Of a DNA stretch of 64,000 nt, positions 28,443 through 38,477 are shown piece by piece. The translations under genes and the position numbers were made by a program. How positions within the stretch are numbered: the first letter of the stretch is position 1; each line of letters begins with the position of its first letter. Below the pieces are notes generated by a model. That model was not told the DNA's origin. It saw only the letters and a program-made list of their open reading frames with translations, and made no database searches. This stretch comes from Candidatus Poribacteria bacterium (GTDB taxonomy: Bacteria; Poribacteria; WGA-4E; WGA-3G), in assembly GCA_963663765.2 (NCBI GenBank), contig CAXXUA010000005.1, positions 160,001 through 224,000 on the forward strand. The letters are read 5' to 3'.

Positions 28443-28546
28443 TGCAATTTTTGTGCCATCTCATTAGGTCAGCCAACATCTAAATCTTGGTAGAAATATT
28501 GGATTAATTGTTCAATAAATGGACAGTACTGTTCAAAATATGAACA
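28443..28546 (-). promoter_or_regulatory. Sigma54 promoter with two upstream palindromic enhancer sites
   Basis: Minus strand TGGCAC-AAAAA-TTGCA at 28458-28443; TGTTCA-N5-TG(G/A)ACA at 28509-28525 and 28530-28546. Confidence 0.75.
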
Positions 28547-28591
28547 GTGGGATAGAAAGTAGATGAATTAGAAACTTCCAATTTGGAATTT

Positions 28592-29161
28592 CTATAACTC
28601 CAACAAAATCAATGGTGGAACTGTTATTTTTTGATAAGTTTCTTCGGTAATTTGTTCGGAGAAAAATGGGTTGAAAAAAGTGTCTACGGTATCTAAGAAA
28701 CTGGGTAGATTTATACCCATATATTGTCCATTAACGTCATCACATTCAGTAACAACTTGTCGTAATTTTGCGCGACCTGCAGTTGAGAGAGTTCGTAATG
28801 GACGCAGCATTCGCATGTGGTATTTAATTAGCGATGCAGATACTTGAATTAATCCTTGCAAGAATAAGCGATATGTATCTTCTGCTTGATGCCATAAGCC
28901 TTCCCATGCTTCATGTGCTTCCCACCAATATGCGAAGTTATGGAGATCAACGCCGTATAAATACGATTCGTTTTGCTTCCACTGTTGTGGAGTGAGATGT
29001 GCATGCTCACAATCATCTTCCACACCGTAACTATGCCCGAGCGGGTCACGTATTGGATGTGGTGTTACCCCGGGAATGTGGCGGTATGGTGGAAATGGTA
29101 TATTTGGACAGTATCGTTTCCAGTTGGGGTTGAAGGGTTGTGGTTGTTTGATTGTCTCCAT
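28592..29161 (-). CDS. DUF309 domain protein
   Basis: YWWEAHEAWEGLW and LQGLIQ motifs. Confidence 0.8.
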   Translation of the reverse strand: METIKQPQPFNPNWKRYCPNIPFPPYRHIPGVTPHPIRDPLGHSYGVEDDCEHAHLTPQQWKQNESYLYGVDLHNFAYWWEAHEAWEGLWHQAEDTYRLFLQGLIQVSASLIKYHMRMLRPLRTLSTAGRAKLRQVVTECDDVNGQYMGINLPSFLDTVDTFFNPFFSEQITEETYQKITVPPLILLEL

Positions 29162-29176
29162 TTATTTTTTCGTGTT

Positions 29177-30535
29177 TTACCTACCGACACCAATGTAATG
29201 GAATCCGGCTGTCCGTGCTTCTCTTGGCGTAAAGAGGTTGCGTCCATCTACAAGAATTGGTGTTTTCATGTGTTTTGCGAGTTTTCGTAATTCCAGTCTA
29301 TGATATTGCTTCCATTCCGTTACCAGTATGAGTGCATCTGCATTGTAAGAGAGTTTATATTCATCCTCAATGAAGGCTACAGAGATGTCTTGTAGTGCTT
29401 GTTTTGCGTTTGGTATAGCGATTGGGTCGTGTGCGCGGACATTTGCGCCTTCTGTGACAAGGTTCCGTATTATATCAAGTGATGGTGCTTCCCGTATGTC
29501 GTCAGTATTTGGCTTGAATGCGAGTCCAAGGATACCGATTGTTTTTCCTTTTAGTGTTTTTAAGTTTGTTTGTAATTTGTTGACGATTCGTGTGCGTTGT
29601 TGAAAGTTGACGGTGCGTGCGGCTTGGGTGATCGGCATTTCGTATCCGGTATTTGCTGCGACCCCTAACAATGCGGCAGTATCCTTTGGATAGCAGCTGC
29701 CGCCCCATCCGAGTCCGGCGCGTAGGAATCGGTGTCCGATACGGGAGTCGAGTCCAATTCCGCGTGCGACTTCAGTTACGTCTGCTCCCACTTCTTCGGA
29801 GAGTCCTGCGATTTCGTTGATAAAACTGATTTTGAGTGCGAGGAAAGTGTTTGCTGCATATTTTATCATCTCAGCGCTGTTCGGGTCAGTCGTCATCATT
29901 GGTGGCAGGTGATATGCTGCTGGTCGTGGTAATGCGGAAGGCGGGTCGAATGTTTGTTCCAATATGGGTTTATACAGTCTTCGCAAGGCATCAATTGCGT
30001 CATCACTGTTTGTACCGACAACGATACGGTCAGGATAGAATGCGCCTTGTAGAGCAAGTCCTTCCTGTAGGAATTCTGGGTTTGAAGCGATGGAAACTTT
30101 ACCTTGGACCTTTCTTTCAGCAAACACATTTTCAACGACCTGTGCGACACGTCTGTTTGTGCCGATTGGTACGGTTGATTTTACGACGAGTGTGTAGTGA
30201 TTATTTGGATTGCAGACTTGAGCGACTTCTCTTGCGGCTTGTTCGACGTGACGTGTATCCGCTTCGCCATTTTTTTTCGGTGGCGTGCCGACAGCAATCA
30301 TGATCAGTTCTGCATCTGGTACGACCTCAGCGACATTGGGTGTGAAACGAATTGTATGTTGAACTTCGTCAAGGAGTGTCTGAATTCCGGGTTCATGGAT
30401 AGGGCTTTTTCCATCATGTAATTGGTTCAGTTTGTTTTTGTCCTTGTCCACTGCTGTGACATCGTGGTTGAGATAGGAGAGGACGACTGCTGTTGTTAAG
30501 CCAACGTATCCTGTTCCGATTATTGTAATTTTCAT
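29177..30535 (-). CDS. ugd: UDP-glucose 6-dehydrogenase
   Basis: GTGYVG, VVKSTVP, SNPEFL, GGSCYPKD and GLAFKPNTDDIRE. Confidence 0.93.
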   Translation of the reverse strand: MKITIIGTGYVGLTTAVVLSYLNHDVTAVDKDKNKLNQLHDGKSPIHEPGIQTLLDEVQHTIRFTPNVAEVVPDAELIMIAVGTPPKKNGEADTRHVEQAAREVAQVCNPNNHYTLVVKSTVPIGTNRRVAQVVENVFAERKVQGKVSIASNPEFLQEGLALQGAFYPDRIVVGTNSDDAIDALRRLYKPILEQTFDPPSALPRPAAYHLPPMMTTDPNSAEMIKYAANTFLALKISFINEIAGLSEEVGADVTEVARGIGLDSRIGHRFLRAGLGWGGSCYPKDTAALLGVAANTGYEMPITQAARTVNFQQRTRIVNKLQTNLKTLKGKTIGILGLAFKPNTDDIREAPSLDIIRNLVTEGANVRAHDPIAIPNAKQALQDISVAFIEDEYKLSYNADALILVTEWKQYHRLELRKLAKHMKTPILVDGRNLFTPREARTAGFHYIGVGR

Positions 30536-30565
30536 TTTTTTCCTTACAATTAGCTGTATTGAAAA

Positions 30566-31933
30566 TTATTTTGCTAAGTTTCTTGCTTTTTTGTATTTTT
30601 GTTTTGCGAATTGTCCCCATTCTTTTATTTTTTGGTTTCTATAGACTTGGTCATTCCACTTTGTTTCTGCGATATTCATTGCTTCGGTTTCGGTTAATGG
30701 CATTTGCACGAGTGCTGCTATTGCTGCGTTGCGTTTTTCTACGTCCTTACATTTTCCGATTGCTTTCCATGCGTCAACAAGGTCTTTATGTGAGTCGATG
30801 ATCAGTGTTCCAAAAAGGTCATTGACGATATCCCATCGTGTGCTTCCTGTCTTTGAATCGTATGGAAATGGAGGGTTTTTTAGCGTAAAGGGATTGGTAA
30901 CGACGCAACGATCTCCGAGTTTTTCATAGAGTGCGGGGAGTACGCTTCCGCGATTGAGTCCGCCTTTCCATTTTGGACCTTCCTTATCTGTGTCGCGTAG
31001 CATCCATAGTTTTTGTGCTTGCTCGGATAGTACAAATTGTAAGAACATTTTTGCGATTTCTAAGTTTGGTGCGCCTTTTAAGATTGCGATGGAGTCGGGA
31101 TTTACCACGGTGCCGTCTTCTGGCAATATATATTTTATTTTGTCTTCACCGACAACAACGATTTGGCTATATGCGTAGAAGTCAATTGCCAACCCGTATA
31201 TGACATCGCCATTGACAACATCTCTTGGAATTTCGTTTGAACCTGCGGTGAATTTTTTGACATTTCCGCCTAATTTTGTGAGTAAAGCGAACCCTTTTTC
31301 CCATCCGTGTGTTTGTAGTATGATTTCGTACATCATGTGTGCGCTTCCGCTTTCTCTTGGGTCTGCAGCCCCGATATTGTTTATTAGTTCGGTTTTGCCT
31401 AAATCTTCCCATTTTGTTGCATTTGGAAGTTTTAACAACTGGCGTAGTTGTTCGTTGTACATGATTCCGAAACTGGATAGTGCTGTGCCGTACCATCTGT
31501 GTTTAGCATCGTATACTGGTATGCCGTTATAGTTCTGTGGTATCTGTTCAAGTTGTTCTCCGGGAAGTTTGTATGAAACTAAGAGATTCATGTCTGCGAG
31601 TCGGAGGTAATTGTCTGTTCCACCGCCGAAGAAGATGTCAATTCCGATACCTTCTGGGACGCGTTTGAATTCAGATTCTATATGACGGTAATTGGAGGAC
31701 GTTCCGCCGAGGTCTCGCCAGTCGGTTTCTACTGTTTTTCCTGTTTTTTCTTTATACCATTTTTCGAAGTTTGTGCCGAATTCGGATTCAATGCTTTCTG
31801 GGTGCGGTGAAATAATAATGAGTTTTTCTTGCGCGAATACGTTTGTTGAGATTGCTATGATGTAGATTATGATTCCGATTGTAAATCTTGCAATTAGTCT
31901 CAGTGGTTGGTGTTTATGGGTTAATTTGGGCAT
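30566..31933 (-). CDS. ABC transporter extracellular solute-binding protein (Fe3+/thiamine family)
   Basis: ISPH, DIFFGGG, DPRESGS and NPDSIAILKGA; signal peptide. Confidence 0.85.
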   Translation of the reverse strand: MPKLTHKHQPLRLIARFTIGIIIYIIAISTNVFAQEKLIIISPHPESIESEFGTNFEKWYKEKTGKTVETDWRDLGGTSSNYRHIESEFKRVPEGIGIDIFFGGGTDNYLRLADMNLLVSYKLPGEQLEQIPQNYNGIPVYDAKHRWYGTALSSFGIMYNEQLRQLLKLPNATKWEDLGKTELINNIGAADPRESGSAHMMYEIILQTHGWEKGFALLTKLGGNVKKFTAGSNEIPRDVVNGDVIYGLAIDFYAYSQIVVVGEDKIKYILPEDGTVVNPDSIAILKGAPNLEIAKMFLQFVLSEQAQKLWMLRDTDKEGPKWKGGLNRGSVLPALYEKLGDRCVVTNPFTLKNPPFPYDSKTGSTRWDIVNDLFGTLIIDSHKDLVDAWKAIGKCKDVEKRNAAIAALVQMPLTETEAMNIAETKWNDQVYRNQKIKEWGQFAKQKYKKARNLAK

Positions 31934-32250
31934 GGTTTTGGTTCTCCTAACTGTATTTTCTATATAGCATTAGACTCTGAACATTAAAATGATGTCCGAT
32001 ATTTTCCAAAGTAATAGTAGTATACCGATGAGTAGTATGATGTACCAGACTATCATTGGTTTTATATGCTTTTTCTTGAGGAAGGAACGTGTCGGTTTGT
32101 TTTGGTTCATTTGAATGCTCCTGTGAATTATGACTGCGTTTTTGCTTTGATAATGGTAACATTTTTTTGATTTTGTGTCAATTTGATTTGTTTTTGAATC
32201 TCGGATTACGCGAATAAGACATTTGCATTAGGATTTTTGCTTGTTTTTTT

Positions 32251-32517
32251 GTCTGAACCAGGATTTACAGATTTTCAGGATAAGACCTCTTCATTAGGTT
32301 TTTTGCTTGTTTTTTTGTGTGTTTTTTGTTTTGTCTGAACCAGGATTTACAGGATTTACAGATTTTCAGGATAAGACATTTGCAATAGGTTTTATTGTCT
32401 GAACCAGGATTTACAAATCAACGGTATGAATGCCTTATGGCATTCCCCGGGATTTACAGATTTTCAGGATAAGACATTTGCAATAGGTTTTTTGGCATAG
32501 AATAAGCATTTTATAAG
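32251..32517. repeat. Cluster of GTCTGAACCAGGATTTACAGATTTTCAGGATAAGAC repeats
   Basis: Three imperfect copies at ~32251, 32333 and 32397; family recurs at 34939, 35062 and as an inverted pair at 55601/55723. Confidence 0.8.
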
Positions 32518-32611
32518 AAAGAGATTCTATTGCAGGTATCTTCTCCACGTAATCCATGAAATCTGTGTAATCGGTGAATCTGATGCATGGTTTGTTTTTG
32601 ATTTAATTTTT

Positions 32612-34771
32612 TCATGATTTCTTTTGGGGGACGCCGCCGATGTGCTTTTCAGGGTCCCATTTTTCTTTTGGAATGCCCATTGCCCAGAATAGGTGTTTGC
32701 CGGTGCCGACAGTGCTGTTTTCTTTCTGACTTAGCAGCAGATAGGCTGTGCTGTCTATGCCGTGATGGTCGCCTTTTATTGCCTCGTCGTCTTTGCCGGT
32801 ACCCGTGAGTTTTTCTTCGTAGGTGCAGGTTAGGAACTCATCGGTGACGTCAAGAGGACGATATTCGTTTCTGAGGTCTTCGTCGGGGTCGTAGACAAAT
32901 CTTTCACGGAAGAAAGAGATTACGGGTTTGCCTGTTGAGTCTACCCTTAGACGTTGTTTGATGATGTCGATTTGCGCGATACGCGATTTTTTGGGTTCCT
33001 GTATTCTGAATCCTGCTTTGCGAAGCTGCGCGATTTCGTCTTGGTCGGCATTGTCTACGGAGACATATCTGAAAGTTTCGTCATCCTTGCAGTTTGCTTT
33101 GATAAGTTCTATAGAATTCGGGGACTGTGAGTTTTGTTTTGTATATTTCTTTGTATGAATAGAGGCGTTTGGCTTTGTCGCGTGCCCACCAGATGCAACT
33201 TGCTGGATTTCGGAAACCCCAGTCTATACTCAGGTAGCGTACCCATTTTTTTGGGATTTTGAAGTTGTCAATGATGTGGATGTCTGGTGAGAATTTCTCA
33301 AATACGAGTCCTTCTGCTGATACCCACACGCCTTCGTAGCCACGTTTGTATCGCATGCCTTCAAGGTTTCTCAGTTTTTCCACACGTCTGTGAGTTCTCC
33401 AGTTTCTTGGTCGTAGATTTCGGGGTTGTCCCTGTATGTTATCTCAAAGTATTCAATTTTTCCTGCTTTGGTCTGTTGGCGATTCCAGTGGTTCGGTGTA
33501 CTTGGGTTGCAGTCGCCGAGTAGGAATGCAATTGGGAGGACTCCTGTCCGTTCGGAAACTCTGGCGGTGAGTTCGTCCCATCTGTCAAAGGTTAGGAGTT
33601 CCGCTTGGTTGACGAAAGCTGCGTCGAAGAAGTCGCTGAGAAGGTTATTGGTTTTGTCAAGACCGTTCATGTAAATTCTGCTTCCGTTCCAGTATTCGTA
33701 AAATGAGGGTTGTTCGCCACCGTATTTTGCGATGGGTGTTGGGTTCGGAACGTCTATCCTTTTGGGTTTGAAGCCGAGATATTTTTCGTAGGTTGGGATG
33801 ATATTGTGAAATATTCTGTTATGGTATCTGTGGATGAAGGTGAGTCGTGCGCCGGGGTAGTTTCTTGCGAGGTGGTCTATGTATGCGACGCAGCTAAAGG
33901 TTTTGCCTGCGTCATAGGTGCCGCCGACTATTTTGACGGGTGCGTGTGAGTTGAAGACATCCTGCATTTGTCCGTAAGGTTTGAAGCCTTTCGGGTGGTA
34001 TTGGATGATGGGTTTGGGTTGCTTGAGGATTGTTGGTTGATCGGTGATTATTCTTATGTTTTGATCAATGGTATTGTTTTCTGTATCGGGGTTGGAAACC
34101 CCTCTCACCAGAGGTTCGGGGAGGTTCTGTTCGTATTCCTGTATGTCGTGGTGCAGGTGTATAAGTATTGGTGGGTTTTCGGTTTCGGTTGCGTTTTCAT
34201 GTTCTAAGGCGAGTTCTTCCTTTTGATATGCCTTTCGTGTGATGGTTGCTTTGGTGTCGTAGCCGCGTGTTTCTATGTTTTCGCGCCTTGTGTGAATGTC
34301 ATAAGAGCGAATCTCTCTGTCAAAATCGTCGATGTAAAAGAATAATTCCTCAATGTTATTTTTTGGATCGAAGTTTTCTTTAATCGCTAATATGCTTTCA
34401 TTGGTGTCTTCTAACTCTTCAAAATGATGTTGTTCTACCGTAGCATAGATATCGTATTCTCCAGGTTCTGGTCAGTCTTTGTTTTTGTCTGCACGCATTT
34501 GCGTTATGATCGTGGCTGCTTGTTTCTTGTTCAGAGATTGTTTGTAGCTTACATAGGCGTTGGTGTCAAAGCCGCGCGTTTCTATGTTTTTTCTTTTTTT
34601 CATGATGTCATAGGTGCGCGACAATCTATGTTTTCGTTGTTTTGCCTTTTTTAGGAGTTTCAGGTCATCTGGGGTTTTTTTCCCTTTTTTGAAGTGTCTG
34701 ATTACATCATGGATTATGTTCCAAAGTAATCTATAGACTTCAAATTGGCGTTGGAAGGTTTGTTGTTGCAT
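32612..34771 (-). pseudogene. Orphan phage terminase large subunit (PBSX-like) with a long N-terminal extension; one in-frame TGA and two frameshifts
   Basis: Walker A-like GGTYDAGKT, FVNQAE, DCNP, SIDWGFRNP and C-terminal DHHGIDSTAY. The 34472..34771 ORF reads in frame through TGA into 33371..34108; frameshifts near 33380 and 33113. Confidence 0.8.
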
Positions 34772-34938
34772 GTTTTTGTCCTCAAAGGTTTGTTAGGAAT
34801 GAAGCACAAACTAACAGTTTGTGCTTCAAAGATCAGTAATGATGTTATTATTATAATTGGTGGTGGGATATGGATGGGAGGTTATGTGGGGATGAGGACA
34901 AGGGATTTACAATAGATATACATTGGATTTGGAGGATT

Positions 34939-35310
34939 GTCTGAACCAAGATTTGCAGATTTTCAGGATAAGACATCTGCATCTGATTTTATAGCATAGA
35001 ATAAGCATTTTATAAGTAAGACGATTATTGGTGCAATCTTTTCCGTGTCATCTGTGATTTTGTCTGAACCAGGATGGACAAATCAACGGTATGAATGCCT
35101 TATGGCATTCCCCGGGATTTTGAGATTTTCAGGATTTACCCCATCAAGGTTTTTGAATTGTGCATTTCGCGTCATCCATGATTCAGAAATCGGGGTTGGA
35201 AACCCCTCCCACAAGAGGTCAATATCCTTAGATTGACGCCTATGGTGCGGTTTCCTAACCGTACCATTTACCGGGTATTAGGTATGGTATGGTTAGGAAA
35301 TCGCACCTAC
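34939..35310. repeat. Repeat cluster: GTCTGAACC family, GAATGCC module and REP-like hairpins
   Basis: Copies at 34939 and 35062; GGGGTTGGAAACCCC hairpin ~35191; GGTGCGGTTTCCTAACC/GGTTAGGAAATCGCACC pair. Confidence 0.7.
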
Positions 35311-35377
35311 CGCAATGTAATAGTAATTTTTGTGATTTCATAAGAGAAAAGAGGGTTGCTACAAGATGACAATTAGT

Positions 35378-35406
35378 TTGACATGTGAGGACTGATGTGT
35401 TAGTAT
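35378..35406 (+). promoter_or_regulatory. Putative sigma70 promoter for lnt
   Basis: TTGACA-N17-TAGTAT. Confidence 0.5.
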
Positions 35407-35430
35407 ATTTTTATCAATTACATCTGTCCA

Positions 35431-36999
35431 GTGGAAGACATTTTGAATCACATAAAACGCTACAGATATTTGCTTGCAGTATGTTCTGGTGTATTATTGT
35501 TTTGCAGTTTTCCCAGTATTAATTTCTTTCCACTCACATGGGTGAGTTTAGTTCCGTTGTTGTTTGTGCTTGCGTGTGCTGATGATTGGAAGGCAGCGTT
35601 TCGTATCGGTTATGTGTCAGGATTGGTATTTTTCGCTGGTTTGTTAATTGCAATTGCGCTTCTTTATCCTTATGCGAACATCTGGACGACTGCGCTTGGA
35701 TACTTGCTATTAGTTGGTTATACTGCCCTCTATATTGCGTTATTTGCATTGTTTGTGTATCGGTTGCCGTGGCAATCTGGGATATTATATCCGTTATCGG
35801 TTGCTTTGATTTGGGTAAGTTTAGAATGGGTGCGCGGTTGGTTGCTTACTGGTTTTCCGTGGGGTTTCATTGGGTATTCACAGTGGAACTATCTACCTGG
35901 GATTCAGATTGCATCACTCACTGGTGTGTATGGTGTGAGTTTTGTGATAGTGTTTTTTAATGCTGGGATTGTAACGTTAATTCGTAATAGACGTGCGTGG
36001 CGTAAGGAGGTTGTTGCATTTGCTGTACCGTGCGTCCTAACTATTGCAACGTTTGTGTATGGATATGTTGTGATTGGTAAGGGACAAGAGGTATCAGGAG
36101 ATAGTGTAAAGGTTGCGCTTGTGCCGGGTAATATTTCTCAACTTGAGAAATGGGAGCTTGATAGTTTTCAGAAGATCTTCTTTAAGTATCTGAATCTGAC
36201 GGAGCAAGTTGCAGCGGAAGGTCCGGACATTATTGTTTGGCCTGAAACGACAGTAAGAGGGCAGATATTGTCTGGTGAATGGGAAAATTATCACATGTAT
36301 TTTGAGCGGACTCATAGGAAAATTAGTAGAATTCCGATGTTGATTGGTGCGACAGATCCTGATACGATGGGAGATGTATATAATCGTGTGATTTCAGTAT
36401 CTTCGGAAGGTGAGATTCTTGGTAAGTATGCTAAGATGAAGTTGGTTCCGTTTGGCGAATATGTGCCGTTAGGAGATTTTCTTCCGAATTTTATTCAATT
36501 TCAACCTTATACACATGGTAAAACGGTTGATGTTTTGCCAATTTCAGAAGTCAAAGAATCTACGTTAGAAGTAGGCACATCAATTTGTTTTGAGTCAGCG
36601 TTTCCGGATCATTTTCGTCAGTTCGTTAGAAAAGGAGCAGATATGATGGGTATTCTTACGAACGATGCGTGGTTTTCTGGTACTGCGTTTCCTGAACTGC
36701 ATTTAGCGATGGCTTCGTTTCGTGCTGTGGAGAATCGGATTTCAGTGTTTAGGTGTGCGAATGGTGGGTATTCTTGTGTGGTTGATCGTTTCGGTCATAT
36801 CTATACGCCGTTTGTAGCGCCTGGGACGTCTGAAGAATACTTGGTTGCGGATATTGCATTGAAAGATGGAAACAACACAATATATACTCGTTTTGGTGAT
36901 TGGTTGCCGATACTTTGTTTTGTAATTTGTATATTTTGGATTGCTTATCGGTTAATTAACAATTATTATGTCATCAAATTTACTGACCTTAACAACTAA
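35431..36999 (+). CDS. lnt: Apolipoprotein N-acyltransferase
   Basis: Multi-TM N-term with GFPW; WPE, KLVPFGEY, ICFE, TNDAWF and RAVENR motifs. Confidence 0.95.
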   Translation: MEDILNHIKRYRYLLAVCSGVLLFCSFPSINFFPLTWVSLVPLLFVLACADDWKAAFRIGYVSGLVFFAGLLIAIALLYPYANIWTTALGYLLLVGYTALYIALFALFVYRLPWQSGILYPLSVALIWVSLEWVRGWLLTGFPWGFIGYSQWNYLPGIQIASLTGVYGVSFVIVFFNAGIVTLIRNRRAWRKEVVAFAVPCVLTIATFVYGYVVIGKGQEVSGDSVKVALVPGNISQLEKWELDSFQKIFFKYLNLTEQVAAEGPDIIVWPETTVRGQILSGEWENYHMYFERTHRKISRIPMLIGATDPDTMGDVYNRVISVSSEGEILGKYAKMKLVPFGEYVPLGDFLPNFIQFQPYTHGKTVDVLPISEVKESTLEVGTSICFESAFPDHFRQFVRKGADMMGILTNDAWFSGTAFPELHLAMASFRAVENRISVFRCANGGYSCVVDRFGHIYTPFVAPGTSEEYLVADIALKDGNNTIYTRFGDWLPILCFVICIFWIAYRLINNYYVIKFTDLNN

Positions 37000-37004
37000 T
37001 AGGA

Positions 37005-37126
37005 CAGGACTTATGTATTTTTCATGATTTCATCAAGAATTATGACGAAAATGATGTAAGTATCAGCATTTTTTAGGTTTCCAGCGTGCTTACAAAGCTC
37101 GCATACCGTTCGGTACGTAAGTCCTG
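37005..37126. mobile_element. CAGGACTTACGCA-family MITE
   Basis: CAGGACTTATGTA ... TACGTAAGTCCTG. Confidence 0.7.
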
Positions 37127-37137
37127 AGAGGAGATAA

Positions 37138-38245
37138 ATGTTAACAGATTTAAAGCCTGCAGTTGATTTAGTTACTACGAGGCTTCATGAGCTTCGGGGG
37201 TATCTTTGACCTTCCGACGAAACAGCAAGAGTTAGAGGAACTTGAAAAAGAGACGATGTCTACAGGTTTTTGGGGTAACTCTCAACGAGTCCAAACTGTG
37301 CATCAACGTATTTCAATTCTTAAAGAGGAAATAGGAGAATATGACAAGTTAAGTAGTGCGATTGATGATTTACAGACATTACTTGAGCTTGGCATAGAAG
37401 AAGATGAGGAGAGCATAGAATCAGAGATTCAGAATGGGTTATCCATTGTTAATAAGAAGTTTGAGAAGCTTGAACTCCAAATCATGTTGGATGGTGAGTT
37501 TGATGAGAACGATGCGATTCTGAGCATTCATCCGGGTGCGGGAGGTGTTGATGCGCAGGATTGGGCAGGCATGTTGATGCGTATGTATCTGCGTTGGTGT
37601 GATCAGCGTGGTTATGCGACTGATGTTGTTGATCTGACTGCAGGTGATGAGGCAGGTATCAAGGGTGCGACATTTTTGGTGAAAGGCACTTTTGCGTATG
37701 GTTACCTGAAAGCAGAATCCGGAGTGCATCGGCTTGTCAGACTTTCTCCTTACGATTATAACAAACGGAGGCATACATCTTTTGCAGCATTGAAAGTTAC
37801 GCCTGAGATTGACGATAGTGTTGAAGTAGAGATCAATGCTGAAGATCTTCGGATTGATTGCTATCGTGCGAGTGGTGCTGGTGGTCAACATGTGAATGTG
37901 ACGGATTCGGCGGTACGTATTACACATTTGCCGACTAACATCATGGTGCAATGCCAGAATGAACGTTCACAGCACAGAAATCGTGAAACTGCTATGAAGG
38001 TGTTACGTTCGCGTTTGTATAATCATTTTAGGGCGCAACAAGAGGCAGAACTTGCTAAACTTCAACCGGAGAGAAGGGATATAGATTTCGGCAGCCAAAT
38101 CCGTTCTTATGTGTTACATCCGTATCAACGTGTGAAAGACACCAGAACAAATGTTGAAACTGGTAATGTTGATGCTGTCTTGAACGGTGAAATTCATGTG
38201 TTTATTGAGAGTTTTTTGAAAATGAAACCTACAGAAACGAAATGA
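37138..38245 (+). CDS. prfB: Peptide chain release factor 2 with programmed +1 frameshift
   Basis: ATG 37138 gives MLTDLKPAVDLVTTRLHELRGYL, then CTT TGA C at 37204-37210 after GGGGG; +1 frame has SPY and GGQ motifs. Confidence 0.95.
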
Positions 38246-38477
38246 TTACCTACTATTGGAGGGACGTATGTAGTGTTTCATCAGTTGGTAAGAAGGTCGT
38301 TATTTGGGGAGATTTGAAAAGGAGATAATGTGATACTGGTGAATTCAAGGATGCAGAATCAGTGCTAACAGCGTTTTTAAAGTATTGAAGTTGCATTGAA
38401 GGTAAAATGTAGTTATAATTATAGTGGTTTTTTGGTAGATTTGAAACGGATATAACTTGAGCCTGGGGGATTCAACG

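Noticed and set aside
31947-32162. 71-aa minus-strand ORF upstream of the solute-binding protein
   Set aside because: No recognisable motif or clear RBS; probably promoter region.
32200-32520. Possible CRISPR array from ~36-bp repeats
   Set aside because: Repeats are degenerate and irregularly spaced, the intervening sequences resemble each other, and the family is dispersed elsewhere.
32612-34771. Intact prophage, or recoded TGA (alternative genetic code)
   Set aside because: No other virion genes are adjacent, TGA is used as a normal stop in many genes here, and the accompanying frameshifts indicate decay.
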